Assembly: GCA_050012915.1 (NCBI GenBank) | Contig: JBEKGG010000001.1 | Location: forward strand, 1 to 56,802 | Length of the DNA: 56,802 bases | Direction of reading: 5' to 3' | Source: Terriglobales bacterium | Lineage (GTDB): Bacteria; Acidobacteriota; Terriglobia; Terriglobales; Acidobacteriaceae | In this document: piece by piece, positions 28,726-38,861 of the stretch | Position numbering within the stretch: position 1 is the first letter of the stretch | Layout of the letters: every line of letters begins with the position of its first letter | The notes under the pieces: generated by a model | Seen by the model: the letters and a program-made list of their open reading frames with translations, nothing else | Database searches by the model: none | Told to the model about the DNA's origin: nothing | Made by a program: the position numbers and the translations under genes

Positions 28726-29802
28726 ATGAAGATATCGGCACGATTTTCACTGTCAAACATTTCGCAAAGAACGTTTGCCCAATTCTGTTTCTCGCCAATC
28801 TGCCTGTTGTTCTTGCTGGCTATTGGAATGCACAGCGCTCCCGCGGTTGCCCAAAACGCGGTCGTACTGGTGGGATCAGGATCGAGTGTCCCGGCACCTC
28901 TCTATACCCGGTGGACACAGGAGTACAGCAAGCATAACGCCCACGTGCAGATGCGATACCTTCCCGTGGGCACGAGCGAAGGAATCAAGCAAATCTCGCG
29001 TGGAGTTGGCGATTTTGGCGCCGGCGAAGCCCAGCTTACGGATAAGGAGCGGAAGGAGGAGGGTTTGATCGAGTTGCCGACCGTGCTCATCGGGATCGTT
29101 CCGATCTACAACCTTCCCGATGTCCACGCGGAACTCCGGCTTTCGGGGGAGGTGCTGGCTGAGATTTTCCTGGGAGATATTAAGAACTGGGATGCAGAGC
29201 AGATTGCCAAGCTCAACCCCGATCTCACTCTGCCCAATCTTCGGATCCAAGTGGTTAACCGTCCGGCGGGGAAGGGATCCAATTTCGTATTCACGGACTT
29301 TCTTTCCAGGGTCAGTTCCAAGTTTCGCGCTGAGGTGGGAACCAGTCCGTCCCCTAAGTGGCCGGTTGGCGTGCCGGCGGAACGCAGTTCGGATATGGCA
29401 GACAAAGTGAAAGGCAGCGCCGGGTCTATCGGCTACGTCGAATACCAATACGCGGTGAAGGGCAATCTTTCGCAAGCGGCGGTACTGAATCCTGCCGGTA
29501 AGTTTGTTAAAGCTTCCTCTGAGAGCATTGCTGCGTCATGCCGGGCAGTGGAAGAGCCGCGGTGGAATAGCTTTTCCGCGTCGCTGACCAATGCCGGTGG
29601 CGCTGATTCTTTCCCCATTACCAGTTTCACATGGATTTACTTGCGGACTAAATCCACCGATTTCGCTCGCGCGGCTGCGTTAGGCGATCTGTTGGATTGG
29701 ATCTACTCGGATGGCCAGCAGTTCGCCGCCCAGGAAGGTTATGCCGAACTGCCCTCCGAGTTGCTCGCTGCCGTGAGAAAAAAAATCAAAGAATTGCAAT
29801 AG
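28726..29802 (+). CDS. pstS: Phosphate ABC transporter substrate-binding protein PstS (orphan)
   Basis: GSGSSVPAPLYTRW...VGTSEGIKQI...NRPAGKGSNFVFTDFL pattern of the PstS family. I prefer the start MKISARFSL at 28726, before the signal peptide. No pstCAB genes are adjacent. Confidence 0.8.
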   Translation: MKISARFSLSNISQRTFAQFCFSPICLLFLLAIGMHSAPAVAQNAVVLVGSGSSVPAPLYTRWTQEYSKHNAHVQMRYLPVGTSEGIKQISRGVGDFGAGEAQLTDKERKEEGLIELPTVLIGIVPIYNLPDVHAELRLSGEVLAEIFLGDIKNWDAEQIAKLNPDLTLPNLRIQVVNRPAGKGSNFVFTDFLSRVSSKFRAEVGTSPSPKWPVGVPAERSSDMADKVKGSAGSIGYVEYQYAVKGNLSQAAVLNPAGKFVKASSESIAASCRAVEEPRWNSFSASLTNAGGADSFPITSFTWIYLRTKSTDFARAAALGDLLDWIYSDGQQFAAQEGYAELPSELLAAVRKKIKELQ

Positions 29803-29820
29803 CGCTCTCCCATCCGAAAG

Positions 29821-30357
29821 ATGGCGCGAAATCTGATAAGATTTCCGGCGGTTCGCTTTGGAGGAACCGTGCGAGATTTCTTAGTCTTCGCTTGCGCTAT
29901 AGGACTGACGACTGCGGCTTTGCCCCAACAGCCCGCAGCGCCATCTAACTCCGCCCAAAGCCGGGAGTCCAGCCGCGTCCCCGTCGATTCAAGCCTCAAG
30001 GAAATGTTCGAAGCCAAGATCAAGGCTGAGTGGGAAGCGATAAAGAACAAAGACAAGAAAACGTACGGCGAATTATTGGCCGACGACTATCAGGGCGTTG
30101 AAGTCGATACCCAGGGTGAGCGTACCAAGATTCAGGCCCTCGCAGAATTGGTAAGTGGGAATGTCTTCAACTATACTCTGTGGGGTTTGAAAGTCATTCC
30201 CCTTTGTCCGGAGGCTGGCTTCGTTATCTACGAAGTTACGCTGCAGTTCCCACCCAGATCGGTGGTGCATTTTTCCAGATTCTACGTCACGGAATTGTGG
30301 GTGAAACGCGACGGGCAATGGAAGGAGTTGCACTATCAGGAAACTCACGTCAAATAG
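29821..30357 (+). CDS. Secreted DUF4440/SnoaL-like (NTF2-fold) protein
   Basis: A signal-like N-terminus followed by a WEAIKNKDKKTYGELLADDYQGV...LWVKRDGQWK pattern typical of DUF4440. Confidence 0.55.
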   Translation: MARNLIRFPAVRFGGTVRDFLVFACAIGLTTAALPQQPAAPSNSAQSRESSRVPVDSSLKEMFEAKIKAEWEAIKNKDKKTYGELLADDYQGVEVDTQGERTKIQALAELVSGNVFNYTLWGLKVIPLCPEAGFVIYEVTLQFPPRSVVHFSRFYVTELWVKRDGQWKELHYQETHVK

Positions 30358-30435
30358 CCCTTGGAGCCTCGCCGTAGAATTTAATGCAACCGGTGCAACA
30401 GCGTTACCATCCCATTCGTGAAAGGAGAAGTCTCG

Positions 30436-30813
30436 ATGAAAAAGATATGGTTCTTTCTGCTGCTGTTTACAGGCAGCTTTCTGGCGGCGCAAGACAGCAA
30501 CTCCAGCGGCATGAGTCAGAACGGTTCAAAAACTCCCAAAGGCCAGGTAACGATACAGGGTTGCATCAGCAGATCCAGCGGCGATTTCGTTTTGATCAAA
30601 CAGGATCCCGGAATAACTTATGAACTTCACGCAACCAACAAAATAAAACTAAGCCGGTATCTGGGGCAACGAGTAGAAGTGAACGGAACGCAATCACCTT
30701 CGCTGGGCACGAGCTCCGACTCTGGCAGGGCTGCATCTCCGGTGACGTTAACCATCAGCTCGATCAAGACCATCGATAAGGAATGTCCGGCGCACCAGGT
30801 CTCCGCTCAGTAA
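30436..30813 (+). CDS. Small secreted protein of unknown function
   Basis: ATG at 30436 with AAAGGAG upstream. Signal peptide MKKIWFFLLLFTGSFLAAQ. 125 aa with two Cys residues. Confidence 0.5.
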   Translation: MKKIWFFLLLFTGSFLAAQDSNSSGMSQNGSKTPKGQVTIQGCISRSSGDFVLIKQDPGITYELHATNKIKLSRYLGQRVEVNGTQSPSLGTSSDSGRAASPVTLTISSIKTIDKECPAHQVSAQ

Positions 30814-30820
30814 TCGACGG

Positions 30821-31453
30821 TCAGTCGCAGTCGGGCGGCATGGCCTGAATTTCGGCTTCAGAGCCACAGGGCTTCTTTTGCTTGGCCGGCTCTAAAAGAG
30901 CAGGGCGCACATAACGCAGAACCCAGAGGCCTTCGTTGTTGGTAAGGAAGATCAAGCCGCGGTGACTATCAGGCAACAGGCTGGTGACATTGTTGAATGT
31001 CTCCAGCGTCTTTGGGTTGCGCGGATCACTCATGTCTAGCATACGAACGGTTTCAGTAGCGTGGTTGCTGCTGGTCACAGTTGCCGAGGTTTTTTCCGGA
31101 GCCACCGCGATGGCAACATCCGGGCTAACGATCTGCAGGTTTCCTTGAGTTGCCTGATTTGATTCTGCCGTCCGTTTCAAAAGGGTGGGCTTCTCCGGCT
31201 TAGACACGTCTACGATCATGAAACCTTGCTTGGCCGCCTGTTGGACATACAGATACTGTTTCGAGTTCTCCTTTTGCAGCAACATCTGGTTTCCCGTCGG
31301 CAGCGGCAAAGGCAGATGGGCGATCACCGTCGCAGGAACGTCAGTGGGTTTTTCCCCCGGGTTTTCACTGGCGCGAGCCGACAGCGCGGACAAAAGCAAA
31401 AGCGAGAGTACAGCTGCATAAACCCGCTGTAGCCTTCCAAAACCAGTTTTCAT
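30821..31453 (-). CDS. Secreted protein with an LVIVD-repeat-like motif
   Basis: Signal peptide. The MIVDVSKPEKPTLL segment resembles the LVIVD beta-propeller repeat signature. Confidence 0.45.
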   Translation of the reverse strand: MKTGFGRLQRVYAAVLSLLLLSALSARASENPGEKPTDVPATVIAHLPLPLPTGNQMLLQKENSKQYLYVQQAAKQGFMIVDVSKPEKPTLLKRTAESNQATQGNLQIVSPDVAIAVAPEKTSATVTSSNHATETVRMLDMSDPRNPKTLETFNNVTSLLPDSHRGLIFLTNNEGLWVLRYVRPALLEPAKQKKPCGSEAEIQAMPPDCD

Positions 31454-31536
31454 AAATCACTCCACCATTTCCTACGAGAGAACCAACCTCTCGCGCCCCG
31501 AACAAACTATATCACCGGCGCAAATCCGTTTTTCAC

Positions 31537-33402
31537 TCACTGTTGCGCGATGACGTCAATGCAGCCGGCCCCAGCTTGTGATCCGCAGATGGCCCCGGCC
31601 TGCTGAGGCATAAAAGCATGGTTGTTGCTGGGATCGACTGCAACGCTGTGTGCATTAGTATTGACTGGAAGGTTGGCCAGCCAAAGGTTGGTTCCGGCAT
31701 CTATAACGCCCAGCACCGGGCCGGGAAGCATATCGCGTGCCGCAAGGTAGTATCGATTGTCACCTGGGTTGTACCAGACTTCGTCCACGCCCCCGACGTT
31801 ATTGATTTCTGCGATGATCGCGCCTGTGGTTCCATTGATGACATATTCATTGGCCGGGAAGGCTTCGCCGTCGTGATCTGCGCAACCCACCAGGAAATTA
31901 TCTCCTGGACCCTGAGCGATACTGGTCGGCATACAGTTCATCAGTGGGAAGCTGTTGATGACAACCGGCCCGTTCGGATTGCCGGGTCTGGGATCGATCT
32001 CATCCACGCTGCCGACTGCGAGGACGCCCGTGGAGTTCGAGTTCGTTAGCAGGAAATGGCCAGTGTTGGGGTTCCATGCGTGGGCGCCCAATCCAGCCGG
32101 AGCAATTGCGCCGATGCAAAGCGCGTTTGCTAGTGTCGGGTTGCAAGTCGGATCATAAATGCCCGTAAGATTGTCGATGATGGGGCCGTGATGGCACGGG
32201 ATGGATTTGGTGCCAGCGATATATGGGGGCGCTCCGGAAACGCCGGAGTTCACTTGGGGATTGGATGGATCGGGGCAAACGAAGCCGTTGGCCGCATTCA
32301 GACCCACGTCATCAACCGCTACGTTAGTGTTGTTTTGCGGGGCCCCGTCGTAGTAAATCTGTCCGAGGATGCACGAAGGAGCATTAATTGGCCCAAGAGG
32401 AACGCCCAAAGGAGGACCGTACGGAGTGCCGGGGAGAACTGGCTGGCAATTTGAAGTGCGGGCAATGATCCCGGAAACGTCGATGAAAGTGATGAAGGGC
32501 AACCCGGGATCGCCATCGATCACGGCCAGAATCTGATCCTTGGAATCGTAAGAGATTTCGTCTCCGCGGAGATCGCCGCAGCTCGGATCAGAAAAGGCCC
32601 GTCCGTTGGCCGACTGCACGCAGCCGGCGATGCCTGTAGTGTTGCCGGTGGTGCCCGCAGCCGCCCCGGGATAAGGCCCGCTGTTGCCAATCTGCCCATC
32701 ATAATCGGGAGACAACCCCGTCGGAATCACGGCAAGTACGTTGGGCGGTGTTGGCGGGGTGGTTGAAAGGACCTGCGTCGTCAAGTCGAAGACGACGATG
32801 GAACTGCTTCCGTTGCCGACGAAAAGGGTTTTGCCGTCTGGAGTTACAACTACGCCGTCCGGGCCAGACAAGGGATTTACGCCGTTAGCTCGGGCCGCGC
32901 AGCACTGCGCCCCCGTAAATCCGCCGAACTTACCATTGGCGCCGAAGCCTGGAATATGGAAATTTCCGGTTCGGCAACCAAACCTCGTCCAGTTACCCAG
33001 CACGGAGACGATGGGAGGGCTAACTAGGCCAGTGCCAGCAGCAGCAAGAGGTGGGGCGACACACGGGCTTGCGTTGTTCCCGGCCCCAGAGATGCCGTTC
33101 ATGCCGGCGATGGAATTCACCGCGAGGTCGTTAGTCGTATTGATAACCTGCACGGCGATGCCGATACGGTCCGAGACATAGTCCAAATGGTTAACCGGAT
33201 CCACCCAGCTGATGTCGAAGGAATTGAATGGACCACCGGGCTCACCGGTATTGTTGTGCTCCGGGACGGCAATGACGTTAATCACGGCATAGCTGCCGTT
33301 GAGTGTCGTGCCGCAAGTGGGACAATTCGGCGTACTGCCGCAGCTGCTCGCCAGTACCATCAACGCGGTGAGAAGAATAGTCAGTAGAATTCTCGGTCTC
33401 AT
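31537..33402 (-). CDS. Large Cys-rich lipoprotein, probable beta-propeller fold, function unknown
   Basis: Lipobox LASSC after a signal peptide. 621 aa, Gly/Asn/Pro-rich, with more than 20 Cys residues. Segments such as VTPDGKTLFVGNGSSSIVVFDL and AHSVAVDPSNNHAF resemble YVTN/YncE-type propeller blades. Confidence 0.5.
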   Translation of the reverse strand: MRPRILLTILLTALMVLASSCGSTPNCPTCGTTLNGSYAVINVIAVPEHNNTGEPGGPFNSFDISWVDPVNHLDYVSDRIGIAVQVINTTNDLAVNSIAGMNGISGAGNNASPCVAPPLAAAGTGLVSPPIVSVLGNWTRFGCRTGNFHIPGFGANGKFGGFTGAQCCAARANGVNPLSGPDGVVVTPDGKTLFVGNGSSSIVVFDLTTQVLSTTPPTPPNVLAVIPTGLSPDYDGQIGNSGPYPGAAAGTTGNTTGIAGCVQSANGRAFSDPSCGDLRGDEISYDSKDQILAVIDGDPGLPFITFIDVSGIIARTSNCQPVLPGTPYGPPLGVPLGPINAPSCILGQIYYDGAPQNNTNVAVDDVGLNAANGFVCPDPSNPQVNSGVSGAPPYIAGTKSIPCHHGPIIDNLTGIYDPTCNPTLANALCIGAIAPAGLGAHAWNPNTGHFLLTNSNSTGVLAVGSVDEIDPRPGNPNGPVVINSFPLMNCMPTSIAQGPGDNFLVGCADHDGEAFPANEYVINGTTGAIIAEINNVGGVDEVWYNPGDNRYYLAARDMLPGPVLGVIDAGTNLWLANLPVNTNAHSVAVDPSNNHAFMPQQAGAICGSQAGAGCIDVIAQQ

Positions 33403-33507
33403 CGAATCTCCTCCTGCAATTTTCCCTTCAAATCAGGCTGCAAGCAGCCCTGGCGTATTACTCAAAATCCTTGCTGCCCATTCGCGATCCGGTCGCGAAC
33501 GGGATCT

Positions 33508-35169
33508 TCAGAAGCGGAACTGCAACTCCTGCGTCAAGGCGAAGAAGTTCTGCGGCACTTGCCCTGTGATGCTGGGCTGGTGCAATTGATCGATGTTGAC
33601 GTTGAACTGGTACTTCACCCAATAATTCAGGTACCAGTTGATTCCGAACGTGACCTGGTCGGTGTGAAAGTTGTACTGCGGGACAAAGCCCGGAGTGTAA
33701 TAGCTCAAGAAGTTCGAGGCGGGTGCATTCGCCTGAATGCCGGTGTACCGAACCGTTGCTTCCCAAGCTCCCCAACCGCGTCCCGTACCACCGGGAGTAT
33801 CGGGCCCGAATAACGGGTGCTTGACACGAGGCGTGCCATTTTCGGGTTTTTTCTCGCCGGTCAGCAGGTAGGTTGTCCCAATATCCCACGCCTTGGCTCC
33901 GATTCCAGGTAGAGTCAGGAAGCCTAAGCCACCGGATTGCAAAGAGCCCACGCTGTCACGTTGATACTGTCCCTGCACGTATTCGCCGCGCAGCGCGAAC
34001 GCGGACTTGATGTAGGTGAATTCGCCCTCGTACAGTTCGATAGGGCCGTTGATTGGTAACTGAGGGAAAAACGAATAAGTGGCATCAGGGATTTGACCGT
34101 TGAAGCTCACGTCACCAGACAGTCCTCTGGAACGGGCGTGGCTGATCGATCCACCAACCGCAAACTGCCTGAGCCATTCGTTTTTCGTCTTTCGCCAAGG
34201 ATACAAGCGGAGTCTTCCGACAAACTCGGGCTCATTGACAACGTTTGCGGTAACGCCGCCCCTGCCGTTGAAAGCTCCCGCCCAATACTGTAAGACGCCG
34301 CCGTCAATGTCCCCGTGAATCGTCATGCCAGGGCAACGGTATGCAGTCACCGCACACGGGTAGAGCATCGCCTGCAAGCCGCGCTCAACAAAGTCGAGGT
34401 TAGTTGCACCAATACCGGTTTCCTGGGCGAATGGTACTTTGAATTGTCCTGCCTGGACTTGAAACTCGGGAATGATTCTGACGTTGAGATAAACGTCACG
34501 AACGATTGCGCCCGTAGTCGAGTTAGCGTCGGTCAACAGGGCAAAGTCGAAGTGCGATCCGTAGTTGCCCTGAAACCCGAAGCGAGCGCGGCGAACCAGG
34601 AACGTGTCAGCCGGCGCGCCATCACCCTTGTAAGCGCGGTAGTCGGTGTCCACGTAACCGTAGGGACTGATGCTGAACTGTCCGTCCGGGCTTCTAATGA
34701 AGAAATGCTCTCCGTTCCATCCTGCCGTGAGGGGAGCGTCTTTCTTGGGCACTGCTGCTGGCTCTGCTTGGTTGATGCCTCCGCTTTCGATCGCCGGTTC
34801 AGGCTGGACCAGAACTGTGTTCATCAGATGGACGCTGTCTGTGCTCCCGCTGCTGACCGGTTGAGGAGTGGCGACGGCGACGGGGATGGCGCCGGTTGAG
34901 TCGGTTGCCGCGGGTTTCACGCTGGCCGATGTTCCTGCCGCGGCAGTGGTCTTGCCATCAACCAATTGCTGGACCATCGCCTTTAATTCGTCGATGGTTT
35001 TGCGTTGCGCCTCAACCTCGCTGCGCAACTGGTTGACCTCTTCCTTGCTGGCGCTGCCGGAGGTCGCTGCGGCGGTTTTGCTCGCGGGTTCTGTGGCTTG
35101 AGCGTGGGCGAACGAACCCGGTGCCATGAAAACAACCAGGAGCACGAAAAGCGTTGTTAGCGAGCGCAT
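33508..35169 (-). CDS. Phosphate-selective porin O/P (OprO/OprP) family outer-membrane protein with an N-terminal coiled-coil
   Basis: FLVRRARFGFQGNYGSHFDFALLTD block and a C-terminal beta-barrel ending in F. I prefer the start MRSLTTLFVLLVVF at 35169 with GGAGAGG upstream. The N-terminal segment EEVNQLRSEVEAQRKTIDELKAMVQQL looks like a coiled coil. Confidence 0.75.
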   Translation of the reverse strand: MRSLTTLFVLLVVFMAPGSFAHAQATEPASKTAAATSGSASKEEVNQLRSEVEAQRKTIDELKAMVQQLVDGKTTAAAGTSASVKPAATDSTGAIPVAVATPQPVSSGSTDSVHLMNTVLVQPEPAIESGGINQAEPAAVPKKDAPLTAGWNGEHFFIRSPDGQFSISPYGYVDTDYRAYKGDGAPADTFLVRRARFGFQGNYGSHFDFALLTDANSTTGAIVRDVYLNVRIIPEFQVQAGQFKVPFAQETGIGATNLDFVERGLQAMLYPCAVTAYRCPGMTIHGDIDGGVLQYWAGAFNGRGGVTANVVNEPEFVGRLRLYPWRKTKNEWLRQFAVGGSISHARSRGLSGDVSFNGQIPDATYSFFPQLPINGPIELYEGEFTYIKSAFALRGEYVQGQYQRDSVGSLQSGGLGFLTLPGIGAKAWDIGTTYLLTGEKKPENGTPRVKHPLFGPDTPGGTGRGWGAWEATVRYTGIQANAPASNFLSYYTPGFVPQYNFHTDQVTFGINWYLNYWVKYQFNVNIDQLHQPSITGQVPQNFFALTQELQFRF

Positions 35170-35707
35170 GTTTTCCTCTCCGACCATGATTTGTCGACCG
35201 ATCGGCCTGGGCGCAGAGCGAGCGTGCAAGTGCTGAGCCTCACACGCAGACTGCTTCGAGGCCGCAAATCACTACACCGCCTATTCGAAAAATCGATAAC
35301 TTGTATGAAAAGCGGACCAATCCGCTGGCGCGCCTGTTTACCACAGATTTCTGCAAAGAGTCAAGTAAAGTTTTATTTCTGATTCGCTGGGCACGAGAGG
35401 CAATAAGGATTTTGGAGCGGATAAGAATTGGAGCAACAATAGACATAGTCAGTTTGCGTTTAATCCTTTGGCGGTACGATTCGTTTTTGACGAAGAAAAC
35501 AGCATCGTTGTGGTCGCGATCACACATGAATTTTTTTTAATCGCCAGCCGCCATAAGCAATTGACTCCGTGATTCATGTCTTGCAATGATGTCGGTTTGC
35601 TGAGGGGAATCTTAGAATAGAGATTCGTCGCAAGCCACTGAACCCTGCACGGCGATGTTGGCAAGTTAGGTTCCGGCCGCGGCCTGGCTGTAAACTTGGG
35701 GCGACGA

Positions 35708-35730
35708 CAGACCCGCGTCGGTCTGGTTTT
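35708..35730 (+). terminator. Weak terminator-like hairpin in the spacer upstream of malate synthase
   Basis: CAGACC-cgcgtc-GGTCTG stem-loop followed by GTTTTA. The stem is short and the T-tract is only 4 nt. Confidence 0.15.
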
Positions 35731-35815
35731 ACTTAGATAAAGTTGCACCACTGTCTGGATTTCAGAATTTTATTGGCCAACTTTGCTGTCAAGCACGCAG
35801 TAAGGATCTCATCCT

Positions 35816-37387
35816 ATGGCTTCGCGTAAGGAACACACCGGGTCGCAGCAAATGAATTACGCGCCGCCGGAATTGAATCCGCAAAAAGATCTTCCCAATG
35901 GATTCTTTGATTACCTCCTTCCACTTCACAAACAATTCACGCCCTGGCAAGAGAAGCTGATAGCAAGACGCGCTGAGGTATTGCAGCGATCGCATCGCGG
36001 AGAGCCGCCGAACTACTTGCCACCGTCAGAGGCCACCACGTCCGACTGGCGGATCGAGATTCCCGAGTGGTGCGCGGATCAACGAAACCAGATGACTGGA
36101 CCCGGCGACGATGGTGAGTTGACGGTCAAACTCCTGAACTCCGGATCGCCGGCCGTGATGATAGATATTGAAGATTCCACGGCAAACATCTGGCTGCACA
36201 TCATGCAGGCGATTGAGAATACGCTCGCCGCTTACAAATACGAACTCAGCTATAACGACAAGAAGCGGGGTAAAAGGGTCAGCGTTCAGCGCTCGAAGAC
36301 CGTGACCTGGGTACGGCCGCGTGGATTGCACGTCAGCCAGGGTGGAGTGATCAAGAACGAGATCACGTCGGCTTCGCTGTTCGATCTGGCGCTGATCTGG
36401 TATCAGATCGATCCCGCATCGCTGCCGCACAATTTCTGTGTCTATATCCCTAAAAGCGAATCTGCGGAAGAGGCATTCTGGTGGCGCGACCTTTTCCAGG
36501 CTTTCGCCAAACAGAAGAAACTTCCACCCGACTACATAAAATGCATGGCTCTGGTAGAGGCGCACCCGCTGGCTTATCAGATGGAAGAATTTCTCTTCAA
36601 TCTCCGTGAGCACTGCGTGGGTTTAAACCTGGGGCGCTGGGATTACATGGCCTCGCTGATCGATTTCATGTCCGAGGATCCCAACTGGATTTTGCCGGAC
36701 CGGAATACGATCCCGCACGATGTGGCATTCTTTCAGAATTTCCGCATGTTGATGCCGGAGATCTGCCACAAGCATGGCGCCCACGCGATTGGCGGAATGA
36801 CGGCGCTTTATCCCAGCCGCTCTGACGCGGAGTTGAACGAACGCGCGCTAAAGGTACTTGAGGAAGACAAGAAGAATGAAGCCAAATGCCTGATGGATGG
36901 CGCCTGGACTGGCCATCCTGACCAGAACCAGATCGCAGTAGCACAGTTTCCGTGCCCCAATCAGATTGCAAAACGGCCTGAGCACGCGAATCCGCACCCC
37001 GACTTGCGCCCGGTTCCAAAAGGCGTTGGCAAAACGACCCTTGCAGGAACGCGAGCTGCCGTGCGCACTGTCATTCGTTATCGAAACGGAGTGCTGAACG
37101 GGAAGGGCGCCAGCTTGCTTGATGGCTACATGGAGGATCTGGCGACCGATCGCATTTACCGGTTGATGATCGCGCAACGAGTAAGACACAAGGTCAGAGT
37201 TCCCGGCGACGACGGCAAACCGGTTGAGCACAGCACTGAATTAGTGACCCGCATTTTTGACGAGGAGCTGGCGAAAATTCAACGCGATTTGCCGGCGGAG
37301 ATTGACGCCAAGGCGGCTGAGACACTTCCGGAAGCGCGGCGCATCGCCGAGGCGATGATCGCGGAGGGGCACCACTCGCCGATTTAA
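35816..37387 (+). CDS. aceB: Malate synthase A
   Basis: About 523 aa, with GLNLGRWDYMASLI and DGAWTGHPDQ blocks corresponding to the malate synthase A active-site regions. Confidence 0.85.
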   Translation: MASRKEHTGSQQMNYAPPELNPQKDLPNGFFDYLLPLHKQFTPWQEKLIARRAEVLQRSHRGEPPNYLPPSEATTSDWRIEIPEWCADQRNQMTGPGDDGELTVKLLNSGSPAVMIDIEDSTANIWLHIMQAIENTLAAYKYELSYNDKKRGKRVSVQRSKTVTWVRPRGLHVSQGGVIKNEITSASLFDLALIWYQIDPASLPHNFCVYIPKSESAEEAFWWRDLFQAFAKQKKLPPDYIKCMALVEAHPLAYQMEEFLFNLREHCVGLNLGRWDYMASLIDFMSEDPNWILPDRNTIPHDVAFFQNFRMLMPEICHKHGAHAIGGMTALYPSRSDAELNERALKVLEEDKKNEAKCLMDGAWTGHPDQNQIAVAQFPCPNQIAKRPEHANPHPDLRPVPKGVGKTTLAGTRAAVRTVIRYRNGVLNGKGASLLDGYMEDLATDRIYRLMIAQRVRHKVRVPGDDGKPVEHSTELVTRIFDEELAKIQRDLPAEIDAKAAETLPEARRIAEAMIAEGHHSPI

Positions 37388-37575
37388 AGCGGTAAAGCGC
37401 TGGCATAAATGTGCTGATAAAAAACTCTGATCGAATAGATCAATAGAATCAGCTTGACGAAGAATCCCTGATCAGTGCCCACTATCATACTGCGTCGCAT
37501 GTCGAACCTTACCGTTCGGATGGGATTCTGAAGATTGCTTCTTCCACACTAATATTTGACTATTTTCGCTGAGAA

Positions 37576-38745
37576 ATGAGGGCTATGAGCGTCGTTGAAC
37601 AGCAGGCTGCCACAATTAACTCGCTACCTCCTTTGCAACCGCCTCGCCGATATTTGTTCGGACCCGGACCGAGTATGGTTCATCCGCGCGTCTATGAGGC
37701 GCTGGCAAAGCCGATCGTTGGACACCTCGATCCATATTTCATCCAGGTGATGGGAGACGTTCAGCAGTTGGTAAAAATGGCTTATGGCACCAGCAGCGGC
37801 GCCACGCTGGTGATTTCCGGCACCGGCAGCGCGGGCATGGAAGCTTCGATAGCAAACTTCGTAGCGCCCGAAACCAAGCTGGCGATTTTTGCCAATGGAT
37901 ATTTCTCCGATCGCCTCACGGAGATGGCAAAGCGACAAGGCGCGAATGTCGCGCGGTTTGAGAAACCCTGGGGAGCAACCTTCACTGACGATGAGGCGAC
38001 GGAATTTGTTCGTCGCGAAAAGCCCGAAGTTGTGGCCTATGTTCACGCCGAAACATCGACCGGAGCGTTGCAATCAGGCAAGGCGATTTGCGCCGCCGCT
38101 CACGATAGCGGCTCGCTCGTGATTGCAGACTGCGTGACCTCGCTCGGCGGCCTGCAAATAGACTTTGACGGCACGGGCATCGACGTCGCTTATAGCTGCA
38201 CCCAAAAAGGATTGAGCTGCCCGCCCGGCTTATCTCCGATGGCTATGTCGCGAAGGGCCATGGAATTCCTGAACAGCCGCACCACCCCGCCGCGCAGTTG
38301 GTACCTCGACCTCAAGCTGATTCACGATTATTCGACGGTCTCGCATCGCTACCACCACACCGCGCCGATTTCCATGTTTTACGCATTGCGCGAGGCGCTA
38401 CTGGTTATCGCGCAAGAGGGAATTGAGAACCGATGGGAGCGGCACCGACGTTGCCATCAGTCTTTCGTCAAGGGCATAGAAGCCATGGGATTGCGCATGC
38501 ACGTTCCCGAAGGCTTCCGCATTCCAACCTTGAACACAGTGCATGTTCCAGAAGGTATTGACGAGGCGAAAGTTCGAAAACGCCTGATAGAAGATGCAGG
38601 CATTGAGATCGCTGGCGGCTTCGGTCCGCTCGCAGGGAAAGTTTTCCGCATCGGCGTCATGGGTCCCTTGGCCACCGAGGAAAATGTACAGTTTTTCCTC
38701 AAAGAGTTTGGCAAAGCGCTCCAAGCGGAGGGCTACTCCATCTGA
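37576..38745 (+). CDS. Class V aminotransferase (serine/alanine-glyoxylate aminotransferase type)
   Basis: GPGPSMVHPRV, SGTGSAGMEA and SCTQKGLSCPPGLSP (PLP-lysine) motifs. An alternative start is the ATG at 37585, with GAGGG upstream. Confidence 0.8.
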   Translation: MRAMSVVEQQAATINSLPPLQPPRRYLFGPGPSMVHPRVYEALAKPIVGHLDPYFIQVMGDVQQLVKMAYGTSSGATLVISGTGSAGMEASIANFVAPETKLAIFANGYFSDRLTEMAKRQGANVARFEKPWGATFTDDEATEFVRREKPEVVAYVHAETSTGALQSGKAICAAAHDSGSLVIADCVTSLGGLQIDFDGTGIDVAYSCTQKGLSCPPGLSPMAMSRRAMEFLNSRTTPPRSWYLDLKLIHDYSTVSHRYHHTAPISMFYALREALLVIAQEGIENRWERHRRCHQSFVKGIEAMGLRMHVPEGFRIPTLNTVHVPEGIDEAKVRKRLIEDAGIEIAGGFGPLAGKVFRIGVMGPLATEENVQFFLKEFGKALQAEGYSI

Positions 38746-38861
38746 AGCCGGGTTGGGCGGAGGACGGCAAGCCTGAAGCCTGCAGCCGTATTCCTCTGGT
38801 TTCGGGAACAACGGACAAGATCGGCGCCTCATCCAAGGACTCGCGTTAAGGGCAATAACGA

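Noticed and set aside
37411-37426. TGGCATAAATGTGCTG downstream of aceB, which looks like a sigma-54 -24/-12 box
   Set aside because: The GG-to-GC spacing is 9 nt rather than the required 10 nt. The TTGGCCAACTTTGCT element at about 35783 also fails, with 8 nt spacing.
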